A DNA stretch of 64,000 bases from Candidatus Hydrogenedentota bacterium (GTDB taxonomy: Bacteria > Hydrogenedentota > Hydrogenedentia > Hydrogenedentales > GCA-2746185). The translations under genes were made by a program, and so were the position numbers. The stretch spans positions 26,285 through 90,284 of the forward strand of contig JAYGCN010000343.1 of assembly GCA_046583315.1 (NCBI GenBank), given 5' to 3'. The notes beneath the pieces were generated by a model, which was not told where the DNA came from, did not search any database, and saw only the letters and a program-made list of their open reading frames with translations. Positions 30,820 through 39,879 of this stretch are shown here, piece after piece; position 1 is the first letter of the stretch; every line of letters starts with the position of its first letter.

Positions 30820-31428
30820 TTACTCCACGTAAAACTTCGTATTCCCCGACACTGTGGACTGGTCCGTCTGCGCGGTCTGTTCAAGCGTGTATTCGCCCGC
30901 GTCCCAATTTTCAGGAATCCGGAATTGCTGGTTACTGACCCACGTCCCATCATTGCGCGTGAATTTCTGCGAGGAGATCTGCGAGATGACTTCACCGTTG
31001 CGTTTGATGATGCGCGTCTCGGTTACCGTCTTTCCCGCGCCCGTTCCCAGCAATGCGTACTGCATCGAAGCAGTCGTCATCTGGCCGCGCGGAATCGCCG
31101 TAGGTGTCACGCCTGACATTTCAAATATCATGCTTTCGCCCTGCGAAGGCGTGTAGTTGTATTCGATGACGGTTTCCGACGCGCTAAGCCGCTTTTCGGC
31201 ATTCGTCTTCTGCACATCCTTTACGATCGCGCCACCCAAGCCACCGAGAACCGCACCAATCAAGGCTCCTTCGCCAGCGTTACCCGATTGATTGCCGATG
31301 ATGGCCCCGGCCGTCGCGCCGAGGACAGCTCCGAACCCGGCCGATTCGCCAGTAGTCTCACATCCGGTTACTGTTGCGACAAAAACAAGTGCAATCAGCC
31401 CGGTTCCTATACGATTTCGTGTGTTCAT
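30820..31428 (-). CDS. Glycine-zipper lipoprotein
   Basis: Lipobox VTGC; GAVLGATAGAIIG...GALIGAVLGGLGG zipper; beta-rich C-terminal domain. Confidence 0.75.
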   Translation of the reverse strand: MNTRNRIGTGLIALVFVATVTGCETTGESAGFGAVLGATAGAIIGNQSGNAGEGALIGAVLGGLGGAIVKDVQKTNAEKRLSASETVIEYNYTPSQGESMIFEMSGVTPTAIPRGQMTTASMQYALLGTGAGKTVTETRIIKRNGEVISQISSQKFTRNDGTWVSNQQFRIPENWDAGEYTLEQTAQTDQSTVSGNTKFYVE

Positions 31429-31519
31429 GATCGATCCTTTCGACTCAAAGGTACCCTAAATGGTTTGCATGCTATATCAAATGACGCATTTCAGGGACGA
31501 TTTATTCATTTTGCGCCCC

Positions 31520-34500
31520 CTATTTGCGACTATATCCCCCTCCGCCTGGCGTTTCAAGCGTAATTTCGTCGCCTTTTTCCACCGATACCGACGCATGACC
31601 CGGCAATTCAGTCGTTTCCCCCCCCGATTGCAGCGAATTTCGCCCCGGTTGACCCTTTTCAGCCGAGCCAACGGAATAAGGCCGCGTCGTCCGTCTTTCG
31701 GACAAAATCCCCACCTCCATCGCTTCCAGAAACTCGACGCGACGTATCACCCCATCCCCGCCTCGATGTTCGCCGCCGCCGCCGCTACCCCTGCGCATGG
31801 AAAACTCATTCAACAACACCGCGTACCGCCGCTCCAACACCTCTGGGTCCGTGATGCGCGTATTTGTCATGTGAGAATGCACCGCCGACGCGCCATCGAA
31901 ATCTGGACCCGCGCCCGTGCCCCCGCAAATGGTCTCGTAATACCCGAAGTCATCCGTGCCGAAAGTAAAATTATTCATAGTGCCCTGGCTTCCTGCAACC
32001 ACGCCCAGTGCCGCGCCGATAACATCCACTACCCGGTTCGATGTCTCCACATTGCCGCCGACCACCGCCGCGGGTGATTCAGGCGACAACAAGGACCCCT
32101 TCGGAATCGTAATCGTAATCGGATCGAGACATCCTGCGTTCAACGGAATCGCCTTGTCAACCAGACATCGAAAAAAGTACAACACCGCCGCTTTCACGAC
32201 AGCCTCTGGCGCATTCAGATTGCCTTCAAGTTGCGCATCAGTCCCCGTGAAATCCACATGCGCGTTCTCCCCCTCAATCGCGATCGAACACGCAATGCGC
32301 GCGCCACTGTCCAGATAATCAATCGCCTCGCGGCATCCATCCGGCAACGCGGCAATGCACGCACGCATCGCCTCCGCTGCATTCTCACGCACATGCCCCA
32401 TGTACGCCTGCACCGTCCCGGTCGAGTAGGTCTCGCACAACTCCGCCAGCAAGCGTTCGCCCGTCTTGTTCGCCGCGACCTGCGCACGAAGATCGCTCAT
32501 ACGCTCCGGAATATTTCGCGCCGGGTAGGGTCCCGACAACAACAAATCCGTGATTTCCTGCTCGTGAAAAACATCCTCCGAAACCAGCGTGAAATTGTGA
32601 ATGACAACCCCCTCCTCTTCGATAGACGTTGAAAACGGGGGCATCGAACCTGGCGTAATCCCGCCAATATCCGCGTGATGTCCCCGACTCGCCACGAAAA
32701 ATACCGGAGTAGAATCGCCCATAAACACAGGAGATACAACGGTCACATCGGGCAAATGCGATCCCCCGTGAAAAGGGTCATTCGTCACATACACCTCGCC
32801 CGCAGCCATCGTGCCACGCGCCTCAATAATCGCCCGAACACTCTCCGACATCGCCCCCAAATGCACGGGAATATGCGGCGCGTTCGCAATTAGATCGCCG
32901 CCCGCATCAAACACCGCGCACGAAAAATCCAGTCGTTCTTTGATGTTCGCCGAATGACTCACCCGCTCCAGCGTTTCGCCCATCTGCGTCGCGACCGACA
33001 TGAATAGGTTGTTGAACACCTCCAGTAAAACGGGATCACATTCAGATCCCAACGCTGCCCGTTTTGGAGAGGCCGCATGACCCGTCAACACCAGATGCCC
33101 GTATTCATTGTTCGACGCCGACCACCCGTTATCAAGAACAATTGTCGATACCGCTTCAACCACAAGCGCCGGACCCGATAACGTCGCGCCCGGCAACAAA
33201 TCATCCCGGCGATAAACAGGCACGGTCTGCATTGAATCGGATTGCGCACTCCACATATCCACGTGCGCCACGGCATCCAAGTCGTCAACGGGTCCGCCAT
33301 CCAGTTCCAGCGCGAAATCTTTCGGTTTTACCGTATGCCCCACCGACTCCACCCGCGCATTCACGATTTCAATCGCCGTATCCTTCTGCACAAACCCATA
33401 GAGTTGCTGATGGCGCTCCTCAAACGATTCAATCACCTTCGCGGAATCCGTCAACAGCACATTCAGATACGCATCCACACCTGTATAGCGCAGATCCAGC
33501 GACCGCAGATGCTCAATCTGATCCAGAGAATATCCCTCGTCGACGAGATGTCGCGTTCCGTCATCCTCCATCGACGCGAAGACCCCATCCAACATCTCAA
33601 GCGAGTCCTGCGCATAAATTTCCAGCACCGATCGCGATTGACTCACCCGCGAATCCGCCAGCCCCATGCCATACGCACTCAACACGCCCGCGTAGGGATG
33701 AATCAGCACGGCTTTCATGCCCAGTGACTCCGCCAGCGCACACGCATGTTGCGCGCCAGCACCCCCGAACGACACCAGTGCATACCCCTGCACATCGTAG
33801 CCCCGCGCGACGCTGATCTCCTTAATCGGCTTGACCATGTTTTCATTGGCAATGCGGATAAAACCGGCTGCGACCTCTTCAACACTCCACTCCCGACCCG
33901 TACGCTCTCCAATCGCCCGGGCAAGTTCAGCGAGCGCAGCACGCGATGCACCCGCATCAAGACATTCATCCCCGTCCGGCCCGAAACACGCGGGGAAAAA
34001 TTCCGCCTGAACGCGACCCAGCAGCACATTCGCATCCGTCACAGTCGCCGGACCTCCATTGCGATAACACGCCGGACCCGGATAGGCCCCGGCACTTTCC
34101 GGTCCCACCAAAAATCGACCATCTTCAAATCGCAATATCGATCCGCCACCCGCCGCGACCGTTTCAATCGCCATCATCGGAGCCTTCAACCGAACGCCCG
34201 CCACCTTCGTCTCAAACACACGCTCATACTGTCCGTCGAAGCGACTCACATCCGTTGACGTGCCGCCCATATCGAAGCCGATGGTTTTGTCATAACCCGC
34301 CACCTGCCCGACATGCGCAAATGCCACCACGCCGCCCGCCGGCCCCGACAAAATCGCGTTCTTCCCGCTAAACGTCGCCGCGTCGGTAAGTCCGCCGTTC
34401 GACTGCATGAATCGTAATGGAGTATCGGGGTCAAGATACGCGCGCAGTCGACCAATGTACTCGCGAAGAATCGGCGTGAGATACGCATCGACCACCGTCG

Positions 34501-35119
34501 TATCCCCGCGCCCCACCGCCTTGATTTCCGGGGCCACCTCATGACTCAGGCTAATCTGGCCGAATCCCGCCTCTTTCGCCATTGCGCCGATACATTTCTC
34601 ATGTTCCGGATACGCAAAGCCATGAATCAACACCACCGCGAGAGCATCGATCCCTTCACCCTGTAGCGTTGCAAGCGCCGAACGCACCTCGTCCTCATCC
34701 AGCGATTTCCGCACCGTACCGTCCGCCATCACCCGCTCATCAATTTCGATAACGTGGTCCGTGAGCGTCTCCGGCTTCTGAATATTCAACGCAAACAGGT
34801 CGGGCCTGTCCTGATAGCCAATTTGCAATAGATCACGAAACCCCTTCGTCACCAGCATCGCGACCCTGGCACCCTTACGCTCCAACAAGGCATTCGTCGC
34901 CAGCGTTGTCCCCATTTTTATCGAATGAACGGACGCTGCAGGAATCGCAGCGTCCCCCTCAAGCCCAAGCATCGTGCGAATCGCGTGCAACGGCGCGTCC
35001 GCATACCGATCCGGGTTATCACTGAGTAATTTCTCAACCCGAATCGACCCCTCCGGATCGCGTGCCACGACATCCGTAAAGGTACCGCCGCGATCAATCC
35101 AGAATTCCCAACCCGACAC
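31520..35119 (-). CDS. oplA: ATP-dependent 5-oxoprolinase / hydantoinase A+B fusion
   Basis: IDRGGTFTD, GTTLATNALLER, SGPAGG, DMGGTSTDV, AAGGGS, NIKERLDFSCA, HIPVHLG, GSHLPD, GNVETS, HMTNTRITDPE. Confidence 0.93.
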   Translation of the reverse strand: MSGWEFWIDRGGTFTDVVARDPEGSIRVEKLLSDNPDRYADAPLHAIRTMLGLEGDAAIPAASVHSIKMGTTLATNALLERKGARVAMLVTKGFRDLLQIGYQDRPDLFALNIQKPETLTDHVIEIDERVMADGTVRKSLDEDEVRSALATLQGEGIDALAVVLIHGFAYPEHEKCIGAMAKEAGFGQISLSHEVAPEIKAVGRGDTTVVDAYLTPILREYIGRLRAYLDPDTPLRFMQSNGGLTDAATFSGKNAILSGPAGGVVAFAHVGQVAGYDKTIGFDMGGTSTDVSRFDGQYERVFETKVAGVRLKAPMMAIETVAAGGGSILRFEDGRFLVGPESAGAYPGPACYRNGGPATVTDANVLLGRVQAEFFPACFGPDGDECLDAGASRAALAELARAIGERTGREWSVEEVAAGFIRIANENMVKPIKEISVARGYDVQGYALVSFGGAGAQHACALAESLGMKAVLIHPYAGVLSAYGMGLADSRVSQSRSVLEIYAQDSLEMLDGVFASMEDDGTRHLVDEGYSLDQIEHLRSLDLRYTGVDAYLNVLLTDSAKVIESFEERHQQLYGFVQKDTAIEIVNARVESVGHTVKPKDFALELDGGPVDDLDAVAHVDMWSAQSDSMQTVPVYRRDDLLPGATLSGPALVVEAVSTIVLDNGWSASNNEYGHLVLTGHAASPKRAALGSECDPVLLEVFNNLFMSVATQMGETLERVSHSANIKERLDFSCAVFDAGGDLIANAPHIPVHLGAMSESVRAIIEARGTMAAGEVYVTNDPFHGGSHLPDVTVVSPVFMGDSTPVFFVASRGHHADIGGITPGSMPPFSTSIEEEGVVIHNFTLVSEDVFHEQEITDLLLSGPYPARNIPERMSDLRAQVAANKTGERLLAELCETYSTGTVQAYMGHVRENAAEAMRACIAALPDGCREAIDYLDSGARIACSIAIEGENAHVDFTGTDAQLEGNLNAPEAVVKAAVLYFFRCLVDKAIPLNAGCLDPITITIPKGSLLSPESPAAVVGGNVETSNRVVDVIGAALGVVAGSQGTMNNFTFGTDDFGYYETICGGTGAGPDFDGASAVHSHMTNTRITDPEVLERRYAVLLNEFSMRRGSGGGGEHRGGDGVIRRVEFLEAMEVGILSERRTTRPYSVGSAEKGQPGRNSLQSGGETTELPGHASVSVEKGDEITLETPGGGGYSRK

Positions 35120-35274
35120 GATATGGCCCCTTGGTATGTGGAAGTATCTGGGCCTAATAGCCCCTGTTTACAGGGCGAGTATAACATAGCCGCCGACCCC
35201 GTTCGCGTAAATCAAAATCACGTGGTATACTCCGATCACGCCGTAAATTGGCCCCTCAGGAGAACCACAGAACC

Positions 35275-35856
35275 ATGAAAAAAACGTTGCCCACGCTCGT
35301 TCTGCCACTCATTCTCGCGGCATTCAGCATTCCCGCTTTCGCCGATGGCCGTACCGACGACGAACTCAATCAGGCACTGGGAAACTGGGTCGTCAACTCC
35401 ATTCACGCCGGCATGCACGACCCCGAATTGATGGATGCCCTCTGGAACAAAGCCGCCGACCTGCTGGGCAAAGATGACCGAAAAGCCGCCCACATCCCCG
35501 AGACCATCCGACACCGCGAACGCGCCGTCCTCGTGGAACGCGATATGAAGGTTGAGAAAAAAGGCGGGCCTCCCCCCTGGGCACCCGCTCACGGATGGCG
35601 CAACAAATTCGGACACCAGCAAGAACGTGAACTCGGCCACTACATCACCGCCAGAGTCGAAGAAGGCATCTACGGAAGCGTGCTCATCGATCTCGTCCAC
35701 AAACAGATTAAACAAGTGAGCCTCGGCGGAAAAATCGGCGACAACCTCGTCGTTAACGCCACCATACTGGGCGACAGCGACCCCGAAGCTCACGGTTCAA
35801 AAAATAGAGGGAACAGGGGTAAAACACAAGACAAGCAAAGAGGCAAGAAGCACTAA
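35275..35856 (+). CDS. Secreted hypothetical protein with GPPPWAPAHG motif
   Basis: Signal peptide MKKTL...PAFA; AGGAG upstream; basic low-complexity tail. Confidence 0.65.
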   Translation: MKKTLPTLVLPLILAAFSIPAFADGRTDDELNQALGNWVVNSIHAGMHDPELMDALWNKAADLLGKDDRKAAHIPETIRHRERAVLVERDMKVEKKGGPPPWAPAHGWRNKFGHQQERELGHYITARVEEGIYGSVLIDLVHKQIKQVSLGGKIGDNLVVNATILGDSDPEAHGSKNRGNRGKTQDKQRGKKH

Positions 35857-35909
35857 CGCCGGTTGCGGGAAAAATTGCGCGCACGTCAAACGCGTAATGC
35901 AGCGGAATC

Positions 35910-35938
35910 AAGCGGGGGCGACCGAGTCGCCCCCGCTT
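35910..35938. terminator. Hairpin between convergent genes (probable terminator)
   Basis: Perfect 13-bp stem AAGCGGGGGCGAC-CGA-GTCGCCCCCGCTT. Confidence 0.65.
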
Positions 35939-35963
35939 CCGTTTCTAAACCCTAATTAATTCA

Positions 35964-37664
35964 CTACTTCCACGTCTCCACCAGCTCCTCATAACTCATC
36001 GTCATGGGTTGTTGATCGGGGCGTTCGGGTTTGGGTGAGCCGGTCTGGTTGAGCCAGTAGCTGGCTTCTTTTTCTTCGTTGAGTTTCGGCGAGTAGGTCG
36101 CGAGTTTCATTTTGGACATCAAGTTGTCCATCGAAGTCGCGATATTGTCCATGGCCTGTTGCGGCGTTACGTCGCCCGTCACCGCCGGCGCGATGTTCTG
36201 CCACCACTGTTCCGCGAGAAGGGGGTAGTGGGGGACATTTGGGCCTGAATCCGTCCACAACTTCTCGGCTTCCGATTTATAGAAGGTGATCAATCCGCCG
36301 AAATCGCCTTCACGTTCGGCAAGGTAATCGGATTTCACTGTCGACTTGCGAATTGGGGTCTTGCCTTCCATAAACTTTTTCAGGCACACCGTTTTCGATA
36401 CGCAGAACTGAGCCCACAACCACGCCGCATGGCGATCTTTGCCCTTGACGGAGTCCTTTAGAATTGTCCATGACCCCGCGTCCTGATAACCGACCTTCAT
36501 GCCCTCGTCCCAATATTTTCCGTGCGGAGTGGGGGCCACACGCCAAAGCGGTTTCCCGTTGGCATCGGTGACTGGAGAATCCGGCGAGGTAAAGGCATCG
36601 TCCGACAACCACGTGGTGTATTGGAATACCCGTTGCGCAATAATGCCGCGTGACGGAACCGGACCCGCCTCGGACCACGTCATCGAAGCCGCAAAGGGCG
36701 GTGCATAGTCTTTCATCCACTCCACATACTTCGTGAGCGCATACACGCCCGCTGGACCATTCACCGCGCCGCCACGGGTGACCGAAGAACCCACCGGCAC
36801 GCCATCTTCCACGCGAATGCCCCATTCATCCACCGGCAATCCGTTCGGCAGACCCTTATCACCCACGCCAGCGATCGACAGCCATGCGTCCGTGAATCGC
36901 CAACCCAACGACGGCGACTTTTTTCCATAATCCATGTGGCCGTAAACAGTCTTGCCGCCTATGTCCATACCTGTAAAGAATTTTGCGATGTCTTCGTAGG
37001 CCGCCCAGTTCAACGGTACGCCCAGCTCGTAGCCATACTGTGATTTGAATTCCGCTTTCAACGCGGGATCGCTGAACCAGTCATAGCGGAACCAATAGAG
37101 ATTCGCGAACTGCTGATCGGGCAGTTGCAACTGGTTGCCGTCGTAATCCTGACCGAATTCCAGATTCAAGAAGTCATCCAGGTCAAGCGTCGGGTTCGTG
37201 ACATTCGCGCCTTCACCCACCATGTACTCCGAAAGATTCAGCGCCGAATCCAACCGCAGATGCGTGCCAATCATGTCCGCATCATTCACATAAATATCGT
37301 ATAGTTTGCGCTTCGTTTGAATCTGGCGTTGCACCCTATCAACAATTTCGCCTTCCCCGATGATGTCGTGTGTGACCTTGATGCCCGTAATGTCGAAAAA
37401 CGCTTTCGCCAGTATCTCAGACTCCCATTTGTGCGTGCGAATTCCCTCTGCGGCTGATTTGATTTCCATGCCCGCGTACGGCTCTGCGGCTTTTGCGAAC
37501 CATTCCAATTCCGCACGCTGTTCCTCTTTACTCAGCGCAGACGGTTGGAACACGTCAATCCATTCATCGATTGACATGCGCTCGTCTTCATCCCCGCCGC
37601 CACATCCAGCGACAAGCGCACCCAGACCGCACAGGGTCAATCCAAAAGCGAAGGTTTTTTTCAT
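35964..37664 (-). CDS. ABC transporter substrate-binding lipoprotein, glycerol-type (GlpV-like)
   Basis: Lipobox LVAGC; FQPS.LS...Q..EL.WF, QLPDQQFANLYWFRYDWF, HMDYGKK.PSLGWRFTDAWLS.AG, GYQDAGSWT. Confidence 0.8.
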   Translation of the reverse strand: MKKTFAFGLTLCGLGALVAGCGGGDEDERMSIDEWIDVFQPSALSKEEQRAELEWFAKAAEPYAGMEIKSAAEGIRTHKWESEILAKAFFDITGIKVTHDIIGEGEIVDRVQRQIQTKRKLYDIYVNDADMIGTHLRLDSALNLSEYMVGEGANVTNPTLDLDDFLNLEFGQDYDGNQLQLPDQQFANLYWFRYDWFSDPALKAEFKSQYGYELGVPLNWAAYEDIAKFFTGMDIGGKTVYGHMDYGKKSPSLGWRFTDAWLSIAGVGDKGLPNGLPVDEWGIRVEDGVPVGSSVTRGGAVNGPAGVYALTKYVEWMKDYAPPFAASMTWSEAGPVPSRGIIAQRVFQYTTWLSDDAFTSPDSPVTDANGKPLWRVAPTPHGKYWDEGMKVGYQDAGSWTILKDSVKGKDRHAAWLWAQFCVSKTVCLKKFMEGKTPIRKSTVKSDYLAEREGDFGGLITFYKSEAEKLWTDSGPNVPHYPLLAEQWWQNIAPAVTGDVTPQQAMDNIATSMDNLMSKMKLATYSPKLNEEKEASYWLNQTGSPKPERPDQQPMTMSYEELVETWK

Positions 37665-37737
37665 GGTGAGACATCCTTCCACGCAGGTTACCAATCAACA
37701 GGTTTCCCCCCATGGTACCGCCCACACGCGATGATGT

Positions 37738-38268
37738 CTAGTTGGACCTTCCGATCGCGTATTCCACCGTGAGTGGTAACGTTTTGGGAGGCAAGCAATC
37801 GGACGAGTCACAGACCTGATAGGTGAAGGTAATCGTCGCAACATGACGACGTCCCGATGCCGCCCTGCCAGAGACCCGAATTTTTCGCCTGAACTGAATA
37901 TTGCCCGTATACATCGGGCCATCACGACCCGGTTTCGGCGGAGGCATCAGCCATGGGCCATCCGTCGCGAACAAGTCGCCAGAGTCAATCGCAAGTTTCA
38001 TCGGAATTCCGTCACCGTTCACCTCGGTCGGATAAATGTACCAACCCGGCTGAACCCGCACAAATACATCAATGAGCCCTGTCGCTCCCGGCGCAACCAC
38101 CAGCGGATTCATATGCGCTATGGCCGAAACGGGTTCAGCGGGGATTTGTGTCCGGTCCAAAACAGGAGAAACCGTCATTACCGACCGGGTCGACGCAGGG
38201 CGATCAGGCGTACTCGAGCACGAAACACAAAGGCACAAGACAAAGGGAACCAACAATACTTTTTTCAT
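37738..38268 (-). CDS. Standalone DsbD N-terminal (DsbD-alpha)-like lipoprotein
   Basis: Probable lipobox (CVSC); GWYIY and YQVCDSSDCLPP (CxxxxC) motif of DsbD-alpha. Confidence 0.75.
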   Translation of the reverse strand: MKKVLLVPFVLCLCVSCSSTPDRPASTRSVMTVSPVLDRTQIPAEPVSAIAHMNPLVVAPGATGLIDVFVRVQPGWYIYPTEVNGDGIPMKLAIDSGDLFATDGPWLMPPPKPGRDGPMYTGNIQFRRKIRVSGRAASGRRHVATITFTYQVCDSSDCLPPKTLPLTVEYAIGRSN

Positions 38269-38414
38269 GGCAAACAGCATCCCTGCAACCTACTCAGCGG
38301 GCGGTACCCCGTACTTGTCTCAACGCAGTATCGCGCCCAGCCTACTAGACAATCGATCACGAGTAATTACTATACCATGCCCGGGGAATCGTCGAGAGAG
38401 AATTCCTCAGTGCC

Positions 38415-38555
38415 TCAGTCACGAATGACGATTTCCTCTTCCATGCAAATACTCGAAATGTTTGTGAGCTCGGGTTGGCTGAGTTGGCGGCCCAGCGCGT
38501 CAGCACCAATCCCAAGGGCCAATATGAAAATAAGGCTGAATATATTGGGTTTCAT
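38415..38555 (-). CDS. Small (46 aa) putative secreted/membrane peptide, not in ORF track
   Basis: GGAG RBS 6 nt before ATG; MKPNIFSLIFILALGIGADA-LGRQLSQPELTNISSICMEEEIVIRD*; lies in an otherwise empty intergenic gap. Confidence 0.45.
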   Translation of the reverse strand: MKPNIFSLIFILALGIGADALGRQLSQPELTNISSICMEEEIVIRD

Positions 38556-38709
38556 GTTCAGCTCCAATCCATACGTGATTCATTGTTCGCTCCTTTAAGA
38601 CCATCTCGCTTCCAAAAAGGTTGGAATAGACTTGATCTACCCTCAAACAACAGGCAGGATAACGGGATTCACTACAAATCGATCCCAACATGGCACGGAG
38701 AACATACCC

Positions 38710-39789
38710 ATGCGAAGCAAATGGATAATCGCGAGTGTACTCGTCGCGCTGGCAGCAGGTTGCAGCGGCGCAAACGACACAGCACAAGAGGAGGAAGTTG
38801 CAATGGAAGAGGCCCCCGTGGAAGGCGTGACCTTTCGCTATATTGAAACCAACGGCATCAATATGCGCATCGCCGAAGCCGGTCACGAAGATGGTTCCGT
38901 CGTTCTGCTCGTACACGGCTGGCCCGAATCCTGGTATTCCTGGCGCCACCAAATCCCCGCCCTTGCCGAAGCTGGATACCGTGTTGTCATCCCCGAAATG
39001 CGCGGCTACGGAAAAACAGACGCCCCCGAAGACGTCAACTCCTACGACATCGTCAGTCTCGCCGCCGATATGGTTGGTGTGCTGGATGCCATAGGCGCCG
39101 AAACCGCATCCATTATCGGTCACGACTGGGGCGCAATCGTCGCCGCCAACAGCGTACTCCTTCATCCCGATCGATTCTCCAGTCTCGTGCTCATGAGCGT
39201 GCCCTATGGCGGACGCGGAAAACGATCCCTCATGGACACCTGGACCGCACAACACGGCGACAACTTTTTCTATATTCTCTACCACAACGAAGAAGGCGGC
39301 GTGGCCGAAGCGGAATACGACAGCGATCCCCGCGGATTGCTCAGTCGTCTCTATCTGTCACCCGATTCCCCTCGTGAAGATCCCGAAGTCACCGACCGCA
39401 AACGCGTCGCCGGTGGATGGATTCCCAGACTCGGTGCCGCCAAAGGATTGCCCGATTGGTTGGCCCAAGAAGATCTGGACTACTACGTCGCCCAATTCGA
39501 AGCCTCTGGATTTCGTGGCGGCGTGAACTACTACCGTAACTTCGGCCGTAACTGGGAAATCACCGAACACCTTGATGGCGTGAAAATCGAGGCACCCACC
39601 CTGTTCGTGGCTGGACAAAAAGACATCGTGATCGGCGGCGCTACGGCTCCGATGCTTACCGCCATGATGGGCCAGGCCATGTCCGACCTGCGCGATGTCG
39701 TCATCGTTCCCGAAATGGGCCACTGGATTCAACAGGAAGACCCGAAAGCCACTAACGACGCTGTACTGGCATTCCTCAAAGGCCTGTAA
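38710..39789 (+). CDS. Epoxide hydrolase family alpha/beta hydrolase with lipoprotein signal
   Basis: Lipobox LAAGC; HGWPE oxyanion motif, RGYG, GHDWGA (Asp nucleophile), FFYI and NYYRN lid tyrosines, GHWIQQE. Confidence 0.88.
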   Translation: MRSKWIIASVLVALAAGCSGANDTAQEEEVAMEEAPVEGVTFRYIETNGINMRIAEAGHEDGSVVLLVHGWPESWYSWRHQIPALAEAGYRVVIPEMRGYGKTDAPEDVNSYDIVSLAADMVGVLDAIGAETASIIGHDWGAIVAANSVLLHPDRFSSLVLMSVPYGGRGKRSLMDTWTAQHGDNFFYILYHNEEGGVAEAEYDSDPRGLLSRLYLSPDSPREDPEVTDRKRVAGGWIPRLGAAKGLPDWLAQEDLDYYVAQFEASGFRGGVNYYRNFGRNWEITEHLDGVKIEAPTLFVAGQKDIVIGGATAPMLTAMMGQAMSDLRDVVIVPEMGHWIQQEDPKATNDAVLAFLKGL

Positions 39790-39879
39790 ATCGCAATAAA
39801 CACGCCCGAACAGTCAACCAATCACAGGCGAGATTCGTTTGCTAAAGATGTTCAGGTGGATGAGGATTTAGTACAAGTC

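Noticed and set aside
38500..39285. 261-aa minus-strand ORF
   Set aside because: Antisense shadow of the epoxide hydrolase.
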